Below are positions 21,036 to 30,144 of a DNA stretch of 64,000 nt, piece by piece (within the stretch, counting starts at the first letter, position 1; each line of letters opens with the position of its first letter). Under the pieces are notes generated by a model. That model was given only the letters and a program-made list of their open reading frames with translations, was not told where the DNA came from and ran no database searches. Origin of the DNA: Gammaproteobacteria bacterium (GTDB lineage Bacteria; Pseudomonadota; Gammaproteobacteria; Eutrophobiales; Eutrophobiaceae); the NCBI GenBank assembly GCA_963422205.2, contig CAXMWX010000005.1, forward strand, positions 512,001-576,000, given 5' to 3'. A program made the translations under genes and the position numbers.

Positions 21036-21502
21036 ACACCGAAACCGACCGGCGAGCATGGTATAAAGAGCCGCTGGTCTGGCTGATCATTTTTTTCCCG
21101 TCAAGTGCTGTGTTAGGCGGCATTATCACGACTTGGCTGGCGGTGGCATCTGATGATGGCCTGGTGATTGATGATTACTACAAATACGGCCTGCAAATCA
21201 ACAAGGTGCTTGATCGTGAACAGGCCGCCGAACGCTATGGGCTAAAAGCCGTGATCATACCGAACCAAGAGAGCCGGCGCCTGCGGCTGCGGCTGTACGC
21301 CAATCAACACTTCAGTATGCCTGATGCGGTTAGGCTACAGTTTCTTCACCCCACCCGCGATGGCTTTGATCAGGCCCTGATCCTGCCCAGGACAGGCCGT
21401 GATGTCTATGAGGGCGAACTGCCCGAACTCATCCGTGGCAACTGGTATTTACACATCAGCGCCGGGGACTGGCGTGTGCTGGAATATTTCCCGGTGCTGT
21501 GA
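21032..21502 (+). CDS. ccoH: FixH/CcoH family protein
   Basis: WYKEPLVWLII, DGLVIDDYYKYG, FLHPTR..DQ; follows ccoG. Confidence 0.9.
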   Translation: MNTETDRRAWYKEPLVWLIIFFPSSAVLGGIITTWLAVASDDGLVIDDYYKYGLQINKVLDREQAAERYGLKAVIIPNQESRRLRLRLYANQHFSMPDAVRLQFLHPTRDGFDQALILPRTGRDVYEGELPELIRGNWYLHISAGDWRVLEYFPVL

Positions 21503-21634
21503 GCCGATGGCCAGCGTTGGTTGTCTCACAACCGGCAACCGATCGCCCTGTGATGCGGCGGTGGTTGCCCGCTGCGAGCATGATGATCCGCCGTGATGAG
21601 ATTGCCCAAATCAACGGCAATGTGAGGTGTTTGC

Positions 21635-22147
21635 GTGAATTCAAGATCGGATTTTCCCGGGTCGAATTTTTCTGAATCGAATTTCTCTGGACCAAATTTC
21701 TCTGAACCGATTTTTTCTGGGCCGGATGGCAAGGATATCACGGCCTTTTGCTCACGGTTTACGGCGCCAATCCGGCTCTGTGCGGTGAGGGCATCCGGCT
21801 ATCCCCTGGTGTGTTCACTGTGGTATGAATATGCAGATGGCACGTTTCTCTGCGCCACCCAAAAGACGGCGAGAATTGCGCTGTGTCTGCATGAAAACCC
21901 GAAATGTGCATTTGAACTTTCCCCGAACGAGCCGCCGTATTTTGGCATTCGGGGCAGCGGCGATGCGAACATTACCACCGCAGGTGCCGCCGAGTTATTG
22001 CAGCGTTTGATACAACGCTACACCGGCGATATGCAATCTGCGCTGGCGAGGATGCTGCTGGATAATGCCGCCAGCGAAGTCATGATAAAGATCAGGCCGA
22101 AGTCCATCTATAGCTGGGATTACACAAAGCGAATGAGGAGCGAATAA
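21635..22147 (+). CDS. Pyridoxamine 5'-phosphate oxidase-like FMN/F420-binding protein with a repeat-derived N-terminus
   Basis: GYPLVCSLWYEY, NPKCAFEL, GIRGSGDA, IRPKSIYSWDY pattern of split-barrel proteins. Confidence 0.7.
   Translation: MNSRSDFPGSNFSESNFSGPNFSEPIFSGPDGKDITAFCSRFTAPIRLCAVRASGYPLVCSLWYEYADGTFLCATQKTARIALCLHENPKCAFELSPNEPPYFGIRGSGDANITTAGAAELLQRLIQRYTGDMQSALARMLLDNAASEVMIKIRPKSIYSWDYTKRMRSE
21647..21721 (+). repeat. Five imperfect 15-bp tandem repeats (SDFPG/SNFSE/SNFSG/PNFSE/PIFSG)
   Basis: tcggattttcccggg tcgaatttttctgaa tcgaatttctctgga ccaaatttctctgaa ccgattttttctggg. Confidence 0.85.
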
Positions 22148-22204
22148 GCGGTTTATTGCGCGCGCATCGATTAAATTCATGGCATTTCATCTATAATTTA
22201 TGGT

Positions 22205-22906
22205 ATGCGCTCCCCTCTTCTCGCTTGCCTGTTGCTCTGCATTGCCTGTGAAAAACCGGATTTTGACATGGCACACCGGGCCTATGAGGCCGGCGATTAT
22301 GCGGCGGCGCTTGACATCCTGCGGCCACTGGCACAATCCGGCGATGTGAAATCACAGAATAATCTGGGCTTTATGTATCACCACGGCATCGGCGTAGAGC
22401 AAAATTATGCACAGGCCCTGCAATGGTACACCCGCGCAGCAGAGCAGGGGCTGGCCGAGGCGGCGCTTAGCCTGGGACATGCCTACCGCAAGGGGGTTGG
22501 CACCGGGCAGGATTATGCGGCAGCCGTGATGTGGTATACCTGCGCGGCGGCGCAGGGCCTGGCCGAGGCAGAGTACAGCATGGGCTATATGTATGAGATG
22601 GGTTATGGCGTGGCGCAGGATTATATCGAGACGGCAGAATGGTATTACAAAGCGGCCAAGCAGGGCCATGTCCTGGCGCAGAGTAATCTGGGAGAGATGT
22701 ATTTCAAGGGCTATGCCGTGCCGAAGAGTGATCTGCAAGCCTATGCCTGGCTAGGCATTGCCAGTGCGGGTGGACACCGGCCAGCCGAGCAGCTACGCGA
22801 TAACATCAGGTTACGCATGACAGCAACCCAACTGGAGAAAGCCCGTGCCCGTGCGCGGGAACTGTGGCAGCGATACGGCAATAAAAGCGGCAGATCGTCA
22901 GGTTGA
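22205..22906 (+). CDS. Sel1-like repeat protein, probable lipoprotein
   Basis: Repeated AQ.NLG.MY..G.GV.QDY..A..WY..AA.QG units; N-terminal LLCIAC lipobox-like signal. Confidence 0.9.
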   Translation: MRSPLLACLLLCIACEKPDFDMAHRAYEAGDYAAALDILRPLAQSGDVKSQNNLGFMYHHGIGVEQNYAQALQWYTRAAEQGLAEAALSLGHAYRKGVGTGQDYAAAVMWYTCAAAQGLAEAEYSMGYMYEMGYGVAQDYIETAEWYYKAAKQGHVLAQSNLGEMYFKGYAVPKSDLQAYAWLGIASAGGHRPAEQLRDNIRLRMTATQLEKARARARELWQRYGNKSGRSSG

Positions 22907-23131
22907 GCAGAACGGCGCGCTCGGTGCAAATGGCGGCGGTACTGCCGCATCGATCTTCAAACGGCGCCGCTGTCATCGTCCACCGCCTCCCCCGACATTC
23001 GCCAGCCCCTTAACTTGCAATGCCAGCCCTATGCCAGTGCGGATCTGCCAATGGCGGCCAGGCCCGGTCTGACTTATACTCAGCCGGTAATAACAAGGGT
23101 TAATAAACAGCGGCTATCACCGGGGGCGGAT

Positions 23132-23698
23132 ATGGATCGGCGGGATTTTGTCAAACGGGCGTTAAAGGGCGGCCACCTGTTGCTGGCCTTCCAGCTTGGC
23201 GGGGCGGCGGTCATGTTAAGCCCGCATGAGGCACATGCCAGACAGGTGCCGCTGCAAACGCTGCATCAACAAGACGCCGCCTTACTGGAGCAGCTGCTGG
23301 ATGTGATCGTGCCGGGGGCGCTGGATGCCGGCACGGTGCATTTTCTCGATCATCAACTGGGGGTGGCGCCCAATGACTGCTTGTTGATGGCCAAGTTTTT
23401 TGAGATACCGCTCCCTTACAGTAATTTCTATCAAACCGGTTTTCAGGTGCTGCGGGACTATGCTAGGGCGGAATTTTCCAGCGGCATTGAGCAGTTGACA
23501 CAGACACAAAAACACCAGCTCATTGCCTGCATCGCCACACCGGAGCGGGTCACAGCAGCGGGTTTTCCGATCTTTGTGTTTTATCTGTGTCTGCGGGCGG
23601 ATGCGGTTGACATGGTGTACGGCACCCCGGCGGGATTTGAAAAACTCAACGTGCCTTATATGGCGCATATCATGCCGCCCAGGGGATGGCATGGCTAA
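23132..23698 (+). CDS. Gluconate 2-dehydrogenase subunit 3 family protein (Tat-exported)
   Basis: MDRRDFVKR twin-arginine motif; PGALDAGTVHFLDHQL; overlaps a downstream GMC flavoprotein. Confidence 0.78.
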   Translation: MDRRDFVKRALKGGHLLLAFQLGGAAVMLSPHEAHARQVPLQTLHQQDAALLEQLLDVIVPGALDAGTVHFLDHQLGVAPNDCLLMAKFFEIPLPYSNFYQTGFQVLRDYARAEFSSGIEQLTQTQKHQLIACIATPERVTAAGFPIFVFYLCLRADAVDMVYGTPAGFEKLNVPYMAHIMPPRGWHG

Positions 23699-25265
23699 AA
23701 CACTGGACAAGCGAGAGGTGGTGATTGTCGGTGCCGGGGCGGCGGGCAGCGCTTATGCCGCGTATCTGGCCGAAGCGGGCAAAGATGTGCTGGTGCTGGA
23801 ACGAGGGGCGGTGCGCCGTTTAAGCGATCTGTACAGCTCGCAGATCTGGGCACGGCGTTTGAAATGGGGCGCACCCGTCGTGGTGGAGGAGGGGGCGGAT
23901 ACGATTTGGTATAACTTTAATTCAGGCCATGGTTTTGGCGGGGCGGCCATCCATCATTACGGAGTCTGGCCGCGATATCACCCGGAGGATATGGCGCTTG
24001 ACAGCCGCTATGGGCGCGGGCTGGACTGGCCGTTTGGCTATGATGTGCTGCGGCCGTATTACGATCAGGTGCAGGCCGAGGTGGGGCTGTCCGGCGATGC
24101 CGAGCAGGAGATCTGGCGACCGCCCGGCGCCCCTTATCCGCTGCCGCCGGTGCTGGTCAGCAACCACGGTCGCACCCTGGCCACCGGCTTTCATGCGCTC
24201 GGCATACCAACGGCACCGATACCGGTTGCCGTCTTGTCAGCCCCCTACCAGGGTCGGCCTGCCTGCCTCTGGGATGGCTGGTGTGATGCCGGTTGTCCAA
24301 CGGGCGCCCTGGCCAACCCGCTGGTCACCTACAAGCCGCGCGCAACACAGGCCAGGGCCGAGTTTCGGGCGCATGCCGAGGTCACCCGTCTGCTGGATGA
24401 TGAGGCCGGCAGGCGGGTGGCGGCGGTGGTGTATTATGATCAGAACAACAGGCAATGTATTCAGCCGGCGGATGTGGTGGTCTTGTGTGCATTCACGGTT
24501 GAGAACGTCCGTCTGCTGCTGAACTCCGCCTCCGGCAGGCACCCCAGGGGCCTCGCAAACAGCAGCGATACTCTCGGACGCTATCTGATGTCGCACCCGG
24601 CGGTGAGCGTGTTCGGCCTGTTTGATAAGGAGATGGAGAACTACCTGGGCCTGACCGGCGGGCAGTTACTGGTGCAGTCGGCCTTTGCCAAGCAGAGCGA
24701 TCCCGGTGGTGCGTTTGGCAGCCGGCAGTGGGTCGTCGGGCCGGCCTTAAAACCCAATGATCTGCTCGGGATTGCGATGACGCGCCCTGATCTGTACGGC
24801 CAGGAGTTAGATACGTTCATGTATCGCAGCGCCCATAAGATGGGCTGCATGGTCGCCGCTGTGGAAGAGCAGCCGAACCGGAATAACCGCATCCGTCTGG
24901 CCGCTGCCAAAGACAGGCACGGCATGCCGCTGGCCAGGATCAGCTACACCACCGGCGAGGATGCACGCCGGCTCTGGCAGAGCGCAGTCAAGGAGGGCAT
25001 GGCGGTCATGACGGCGGCGGGGGCGACAGAGACCTGGCACGGGCCGCAAGGCGGGCAACATATCATGGGCGGTACAATCATGGGCAAAGACAGCCGGCGG
25101 TCGGTGAGCAATGAACATGCACAGAGCCATGATATAAGCAATCTGTTTATCGGCGGCCCCAGCCTGCTGCCGACCAGTTCCTGTGTGAACTCCACCTTCA
25201 CTGTGCATGCATTGGCGCTGAAGTCCGCCCGGTTTATGATAGAGCATTGGGATGCGCTTGTTTGA
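23691..25265 (+). CDS. GMC family oxidoreductase flavoprotein
   Basis: VVIVGAGAAG...LERG, GHGFGGA, CLWDGWCDAGCP, HIMGGTIMG, NSTFTVHALA; start refined to ATG 23691. Confidence 0.9.
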   Translation: MAKTLDKREVVIVGAGAAGSAYAAYLAEAGKDVLVLERGAVRRLSDLYSSQIWARRLKWGAPVVVEEGADTIWYNFNSGHGFGGAAIHHYGVWPRYHPEDMALDSRYGRGLDWPFGYDVLRPYYDQVQAEVGLSGDAEQEIWRPPGAPYPLPPVLVSNHGRTLATGFHALGIPTAPIPVAVLSAPYQGRPACLWDGWCDAGCPTGALANPLVTYKPRATQARAEFRAHAEVTRLLDDEAGRRVAAVVYYDQNNRQCIQPADVVVLCAFTVENVRLLLNSASGRHPRGLANSSDTLGRYLMSHPAVSVFGLFDKEMENYLGLTGGQLLVQSAFAKQSDPGGAFGSRQWVVGPALKPNDLLGIAMTRPDLYGQELDTFMYRSAHKMGCMVAAVEEQPNRNNRIRLAAAKDRHGMPLARISYTTGEDARRLWQSAVKEGMAVMTAAGATETWHGPQGGQHIMGGTIMGKDSRRSVSNEHAQSHDISNLFIGGPSLLPTSSCVNSTFTVHALALKSARFMIEHWDALV

Positions 25266-25316
25266 GCGGCGGGCTCAACGCAAAAACGCACAGGTTGTAT
25301 TGATGAATGTCAGCCT

Positions 25317-26204
25317 ATGAATAACACCCGTCTGGTATGTATTGACCAGCCAGAGGCACTGCGTCGGCTTTGTCACCAACTGCATGGGTGTTCCTGGCTG
25401 GCCGTGGACACAGAATTTGAACGCACGAAGACCTACTACCCCGAATTGTGTCTATTGCAGTTAAGCAATACCAGGCTGACGGCCATTATTGATCCGCAGG
25501 CGATAACCGATCTGTCGCCGTTATATGCCGTGCTCTATGATCCCGGCATCACGCTGGTGTTCCATGCTGCACGTCAGGACTTAGAAATATTTTATCATCA
25601 TCACCATGCCATCCCGCTGCCCTTGTTCGATACCCAGATCGCTGCCGGACTGTTGGGTTATGAGGATCAGATCGGTTACGCCAGACTGGTGGCAGAAGAA
25701 CTACAGGTGCAGCTGGCCAAATCGGCCACCCGCACTGACTGGAAACGCCGGCCATTAACCGATAAGCAACGGCACTATGCGGCTGATGATGTCGGCTATT
25801 TGAGCCAGCTCTACCCTATCTTGCGGAAAAAATTAATCGCAGCGGATCTGCTGGCGAAGCACGATGCGCGGTGTCATGCGCTCACCCGGCCTGAAACCTA
25901 TCAGCCCGACCCGGACAGCCTCTGGCGAAAGATCAATGCTGCCTCGCAATTACCGGAGGCACAGCGCATCGTGCTGCAGAAGCTGACGTCCTGGCGTGAA
26001 CTCACGGCACAGAAGAAAAACCTGCCGCGTCAATGGGTGCTGCCCAACCGGGTGCTGGTAGAGCTGGCCCGTTGCCTGCCGGATAACAGCGCCGAACTTG
26101 CCAGAACAGCCGGGATGAATAAGAAAACCATACAACGCTACGGCCATGTATTACTGGCGATCATTCAACGCTGGCAGGAAAATAATAGCGACATGCCCGC
26201 CTGA
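25317..26204 (+). CDS. rnd: Ribonuclease D (short form, one HRDC domain)
   Basis: AVDTEFERTKTYYPELCLLQL, FHAARQDLE, FDTQIAA, TDWKRRPL..YAADDV, WRE..A...NLPR HRDC. Confidence 0.9.
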   Translation: MNNTRLVCIDQPEALRRLCHQLHGCSWLAVDTEFERTKTYYPELCLLQLSNTRLTAIIDPQAITDLSPLYAVLYDPGITLVFHAARQDLEIFYHHHHAIPLPLFDTQIAAGLLGYEDQIGYARLVAEELQVQLAKSATRTDWKRRPLTDKQRHYAADDVGYLSQLYPILRKKLIAADLLAKHDARCHALTRPETYQPDPDSLWRKINAASQLPEAQRIVLQKLTSWRELTAQKKNLPRQWVLPNRVLVELARCLPDNSAELARTAGMNKKTIQRYGHVLLAIIQRWQENNSDMPA

Positions 26205-26222
26205 TTCACCTACTATGGCGGT

Positions 26223-27539
26223 ATGATAGCGAATGCGTTTTTCTGGGGTGTGATCAGCGCTATCGCCTTGCCCATCGGGGCGTTTCTGGGCATGTGGTTA
26301 CGCCCCGGCCACAAGGTGAATTCCATCTTCATGGCCTTTGGCGGGGGCGCCTTGCTGTTTGCATTGACCATTGAATTGTTCGGTCATGTCCCGCACCACG
26401 TTCAGTCTCATGGCAGCCGCCTCATCTGGGTGGTCTTCATCTGTGCCATCGTTGGCGGCCTGATCTTCTCCGGCCTCAATGCGCTGTTGAACAATCATGG
26501 GGCGTTCATGCGCCGCTTCTCCAGCGCCCGTGCCTTTCTTGCCAGACTCAAACACAAACGCACCCGCCTGCTGGCGGCACGCCTCGGCCGCATCGAGCTG
26601 TTAAATGCGCTCCCGCCTGAGTTGATGGCCAGCCTGCTGAACCGGGTGCAATTAAAAAAATACCCGGCGGGGGCGTATATCTGCCGACAGGATGAGGAGG
26701 CGAACGAGATGTTTTTCATCCTGGATGGTCAGGTTGAGATTATCCGGCATGAAGACGAGCAGCAAACCCTGATCGCTACCCTGGATGCCTATCAGAGCTT
26801 TGGCGAGCTAGGGCTGTTAAGCGGCTGCCTTCGAACCGCCGATGCCATTGCCAAAGGTGATGTGCAGGTCTATGCCATTGCCGTCGATGATTTCCAGCAC
26901 CTGCTCAAAAAAGACAAGACCCTGCATGAGAAGGTTCTGCGGCTGGCCACGACACGGCTGGATAACCTGCTGGAGAGGGCCCACGCACATGTCGATCAGG
27001 CCCGCTATCAAAACGCCTTTGATGCGTTGCTGGATGAACACCATGTCTCTGTCAGCAAAGCGGAGATCAAACACGAGGGGCAAAGCCGCGCCAGGGGCAA
27101 TGCCGCACTGGCTATCTGGATGGGGATTTTTATCGACTGCATCCCGGAGTCGCTGGTCATCGGTATGCTGGCCGCCAGCAGCGATGGCATCAGCCTGGCC
27201 TTTATCATCGGCGTCTTCCTGGCGAATATGCCGGAGGCCATGTCCAGCTCGGTCAGTATGCGCGAGAACGGCCTGAAACTGCATAGCATTTATCTGATGT
27301 GGGGCTCGATCACCGTGATCACTGGTCTGGGGGCGGCCTTAGGCGCATTCATCTTCCCGCCTGATCCTGTCGGCAGCTTGTTTTATCTGATGGTTGGCCT
27401 GGAGGCGCTGGCCGCCGGTGCCATGCTGACCATGATCGCTGAGACCATGTTGCCGGAGGCATTTTCACTGGGCGGTTCGGTGGTCGGCCTGTCTACGCTG
27501 GCAGGCTTTCTGACCGCCCTGATGGTGAAGATCATCTAA
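26223..27539 (+). CDS. ZIP (ZupT-like) metal transporter with an inserted cyclic-nucleotide-binding domain
   Basis: ZIP motifs MAFGGGALL, IDCIPESLVIG, FLANMPEAMSS, AAGAMLTMIAETMLPEAF flank a CNBD (YPAGAYICRQDE..NEMFFILDGQV...FGELGLL...RTADAIA). Confidence 0.82.
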   Translation: MIANAFFWGVISAIALPIGAFLGMWLRPGHKVNSIFMAFGGGALLFALTIELFGHVPHHVQSHGSRLIWVVFICAIVGGLIFSGLNALLNNHGAFMRRFSSARAFLARLKHKRTRLLAARLGRIELLNALPPELMASLLNRVQLKKYPAGAYICRQDEEANEMFFILDGQVEIIRHEDEQQTLIATLDAYQSFGELGLLSGCLRTADAIAKGDVQVYAIAVDDFQHLLKKDKTLHEKVLRLATTRLDNLLERAHAHVDQARYQNAFDALLDEHHVSVSKAEIKHEGQSRARGNAALAIWMGIFIDCIPESLVIGMLAASSDGISLAFIIGVFLANMPEAMSSSVSMRENGLKLHSIYLMWGSITVITGLGAALGAFIFPPDPVGSLFYLMVGLEALAAGAMLTMIAETMLPEAFSLGGSVVGLSTLAGFLTALMVKII

Positions 27540-27542
27540 GCG

Positions 27543-28658
27543 ATGAGCAGGCAATTCCTGTGCACCTTTCTGCTGCCCGGCGTTATCTTGCAGTCCATTA
27601 TGATCAGCTATGGTTACGGCAGCGGGCAGGACTTGCGGTATTTCTTTCTTAGCCAGGGGCCGCGGCACGGCCTGTACAGCCTGGTGTTCATCGTCACCCC
27701 GCTGATCAGCCTGGTAGCAGTGCTTACCTTTGAGTTTGCCCGCATATTTCAGGCATATAATTACCGGGCGTTTTTTCGGCATCTGCTGGGCAAAGCATGG
27801 TTTCTCTGGGAGCTGGCTTATCTTGTCACGCTGATGCTGTTGTTTGCCTTGATCGGTGCGGCCACAGGCGAGATTTTTGCACACACACCGGGGCTGCCCG
27901 AAACCGCCGCCTCCGAAACGATAGCGCTGTTGTTTCTGCTGGTCGTTACCGCCTGGCTGGTGTATCACGGCACTGGCCTGATTGAGCGCATGCTGGTGTT
28001 CGGCTCGGTCGTGCTGTACCTGACCTACCTTGCGTTTCTCATCTGGTCTTTGGCCCTGTTTGGCGAGAACATCAGCACGGCATGGCAATGGCAGCCTCGC
28101 TCCCGTGAGTGGGCACAGAGCGGGCTGCACTATGCCAGCCTGCAACTTGGCCTGCTGCCAGTCGTATTGTTTGCCCTGCGCCACATAAAGACGCGTCGCC
28201 AGGCGGTGCTGTCCGGCCTGCTGGCGGGGCCGATGGCCTTGATACCGGCGATATTGCTCTATCTTGTTATGCTCATGCACTACCCGGATATCCCAACCCG
28301 CACGGCACCGTCTGCTGTGCTGCTGGCCGCCCTGCAGGCACCGTGGTTTGCGCTGCTGTTTCACGGGGTGTTGCTGGGCACCCTGATTGAGACCGGCGCC
28401 GGGGCAGTGCATGCGGTCAATGAACGGCTGGCGGATTACTGTCAGGCCACTGATAAAAAACTGCCGCCACAGGTACGCCCGATCAGCGCCCTGCTGCTGC
28501 CTGGCATTGCCGGTGTGTTATCAAAAATCGGCCTGGCCGGGAGCATGGCGCTGGCGGCAAATACCGTTGCGGCCTTTCTCCTGCTGTGTTTTCTCCTGCC
28601 GCTGATCCTCATCGGGATACCGAAGATGATAAGGGCCGGCGCCCATCAGCGCGGTTAG
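27543..28658 (+). CDS. YkvI-like multi-pass membrane protein (putative transporter)
   Basis: LLPGVILQSIMISYGYGSGQDL..FF, about 10 TM segments, GTLIETGAG. Confidence 0.7.
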   Translation: MSRQFLCTFLLPGVILQSIMISYGYGSGQDLRYFFLSQGPRHGLYSLVFIVTPLISLVAVLTFEFARIFQAYNYRAFFRHLLGKAWFLWELAYLVTLMLLFALIGAATGEIFAHTPGLPETAASETIALLFLLVVTAWLVYHGTGLIERMLVFGSVVLYLTYLAFLIWSLALFGENISTAWQWQPRSREWAQSGLHYASLQLGLLPVVLFALRHIKTRRQAVLSGLLAGPMALIPAILLYLVMLMHYPDIPTRTAPSAVLLAALQAPWFALLFHGVLLGTLIETGAGAVHAVNERLADYCQATDKKLPPQVRPISALLLPGIAGVLSKIGLAGSMALAANTVAAFLLLCFLLPLILIGIPKMIRAGAHQRG

Positions 28659-28724
28659 TGCATGAGCGAACACCGCCGCAATCGTGTATGCTTCTCTGGC
28701 CATGGTTTCTGATACACTGCCCTG

Positions 28725-29495
28725 ATGCCAAGCTGGTATGTGTATATCGTAAAATGTGCCGATGACAGCCTGTACACCGGCGTGACCACAGACATTGTGC
28801 GCCGCCTGCAAGAGCATAATCAGTCCAGACGGGCCGCAGCCTACACCCGAACAAGGCGTCCGGTGGCCCTTGTCTATACAGAAGCGCTCGCTGATCGCAG
28901 CGCGGCATGCAGGCGTGAGGCGGAGATCAAGTCGCTTGACCGGCAGGCAAAACACACACTCATAGCCACGGCGGATACGCCATATATCCGGCCCATCAAT
29001 GCGGCACAAAAGACGGCTGTTGAGGCCCTGACCCGGGATTATATTGACCAGGCAGGCCGGTTATTCGGTCAGGCGTTTCAGCCGATAGCGGTCGTGTTCG
29101 ATCTGTCGGGCCGGGCGGCCGGGATGTACAAGATAAAACGGGGGCAGCGGATGATCCGCTACAACCCCTGGTTATTTGCAAAATACTATGCAGAAAGCCT
29201 GACGAATACGGTGCCCCACGAGGTCGCACATTATATCGTCGATTGCCTGTATGACCGTCGGCATACCCGCCCCCACGGCCCGGCGTGGCAAGACGTGATG
29301 CAGCGCTTCGGGGCCGAATGCCGGGTTACCGGCGAGTATGATCTGACCGGCATACCGGTGAGAAAACAGCGCACATTTACCTACCGGTGCGGCTGTCGCC
29401 AGTATGAGATCAGCTGTGTCCGCCACAAGCGTATTCAGCGCGGGGTGGCGTATTGTTGTCGGCACTGCCATGCCCCCATTGCCGCCATTGCCTGA
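28725..29495 (+). CDS. GIY-YIG nuclease fused to a SprT-like zinc metalloprotease
   Basis: N-terminal WYVYIVKCADDSLYTGVTTDIVRRLQEHN...REAEIK (YhbQ-type GIY-YIG); C-terminal GRAAG, PHEVAH, HGPAW, YRCGC, YCCRHC (SprT plus Zn ribbon); one open frame. Confidence 0.85.
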   Translation: MPSWYVYIVKCADDSLYTGVTTDIVRRLQEHNQSRRAAAYTRTRRPVALVYTEALADRSAACRREAEIKSLDRQAKHTLIATADTPYIRPINAAQKTAVEALTRDYIDQAGRLFGQAFQPIAVVFDLSGRAAGMYKIKRGQRMIRYNPWLFAKYYAESLTNTVPHEVAHYIVDCLYDRRHTRPHGPAWQDVMQRFGAECRVTGEYDLTGIPVRKQRTFTYRCGCRQYEISCVRHKRIQRGVAYCCRHCHAPIAAIA

Positions 29496-29647
29496 GTTGA
29501 CTGGCAGTGATATCGTCAATTTATGCCTGAGTGATCGCAAAAAAACGCCGCATCTAACAGAAATCATCGGGAAAATTGGACATTCTCACACATTCTACTT
29601 ATGCTTGTGCTGGTTTGACTACACGATGAAGACTTCAAAGGTGATCT

Positions 29648-29848
29648 ATGTATAACATAATCAAATTGTGCCTGTTCAGCGCCCTGCTGATCCTGGCAGC
29701 TTGCGGCGACAAACCGCCTGCAAGCGGTTCAACCTCAACCACCGATACGGCCACATCAGCCGATAGCACCATGGACAGGCAACTGCCGGAAGGCCCCATT
29801 GAGACGCCTGAATGGGCGAAATTAGAGCACACCGTGATTACCAATTAA
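29648..29848 (+). CDS. Small hypothetical lipoprotein (66 aa), possibly truncated
   Basis: Signal with an LAAC lipobox followed by an S/T-rich linker. Confidence 0.55.
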   Translation: MYNIIKLCLFSALLILAACGDKPPASGSTSTTDTATSADSTMDRQLPEGPIETPEWAKLEHTVITN

Positions 29849-30144
29849 TCACACGGGCAAATGAGGCCGGGGCGCAACCAACCTCTTGGCCCTTAAAATA
29901 TGGACATCAACAGGGACACTCATCGTTTGCTGAGAAGCACCGACATGTTATGGCGCGGTCCTAATAATAGCCCCAGGAATAGCCTTGGGAATCGCCCTGT
30001 AAACCGCCCTGGGAGTATTGTTGGTCATTCCCCGGCGTGGCGTTAAGCTGTCAAGAGATGACACGCAAGCCAAGATAAACAGATGATCTGCCTAGACCAT
30101 TCCTCAAGCATCACGGCTTTTGTAGGCTGATTGAGGAGCAGACT

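Noticed and set aside
21647-21721. Pentapeptide-repeat protein or mini-CRISPR
   Set aside because: Only five contiguous units with no spacers, and they do not fit the A(D/N)Lxx consensus well; better explained as local tandem duplication.
27465-28412. Long antisense ORFs (315 aa here; also 14257-15093 and 41300-42148)
   Set aside because: Shadow frames of well-supported genes in GC-rich DNA, with no recognisable motifs.
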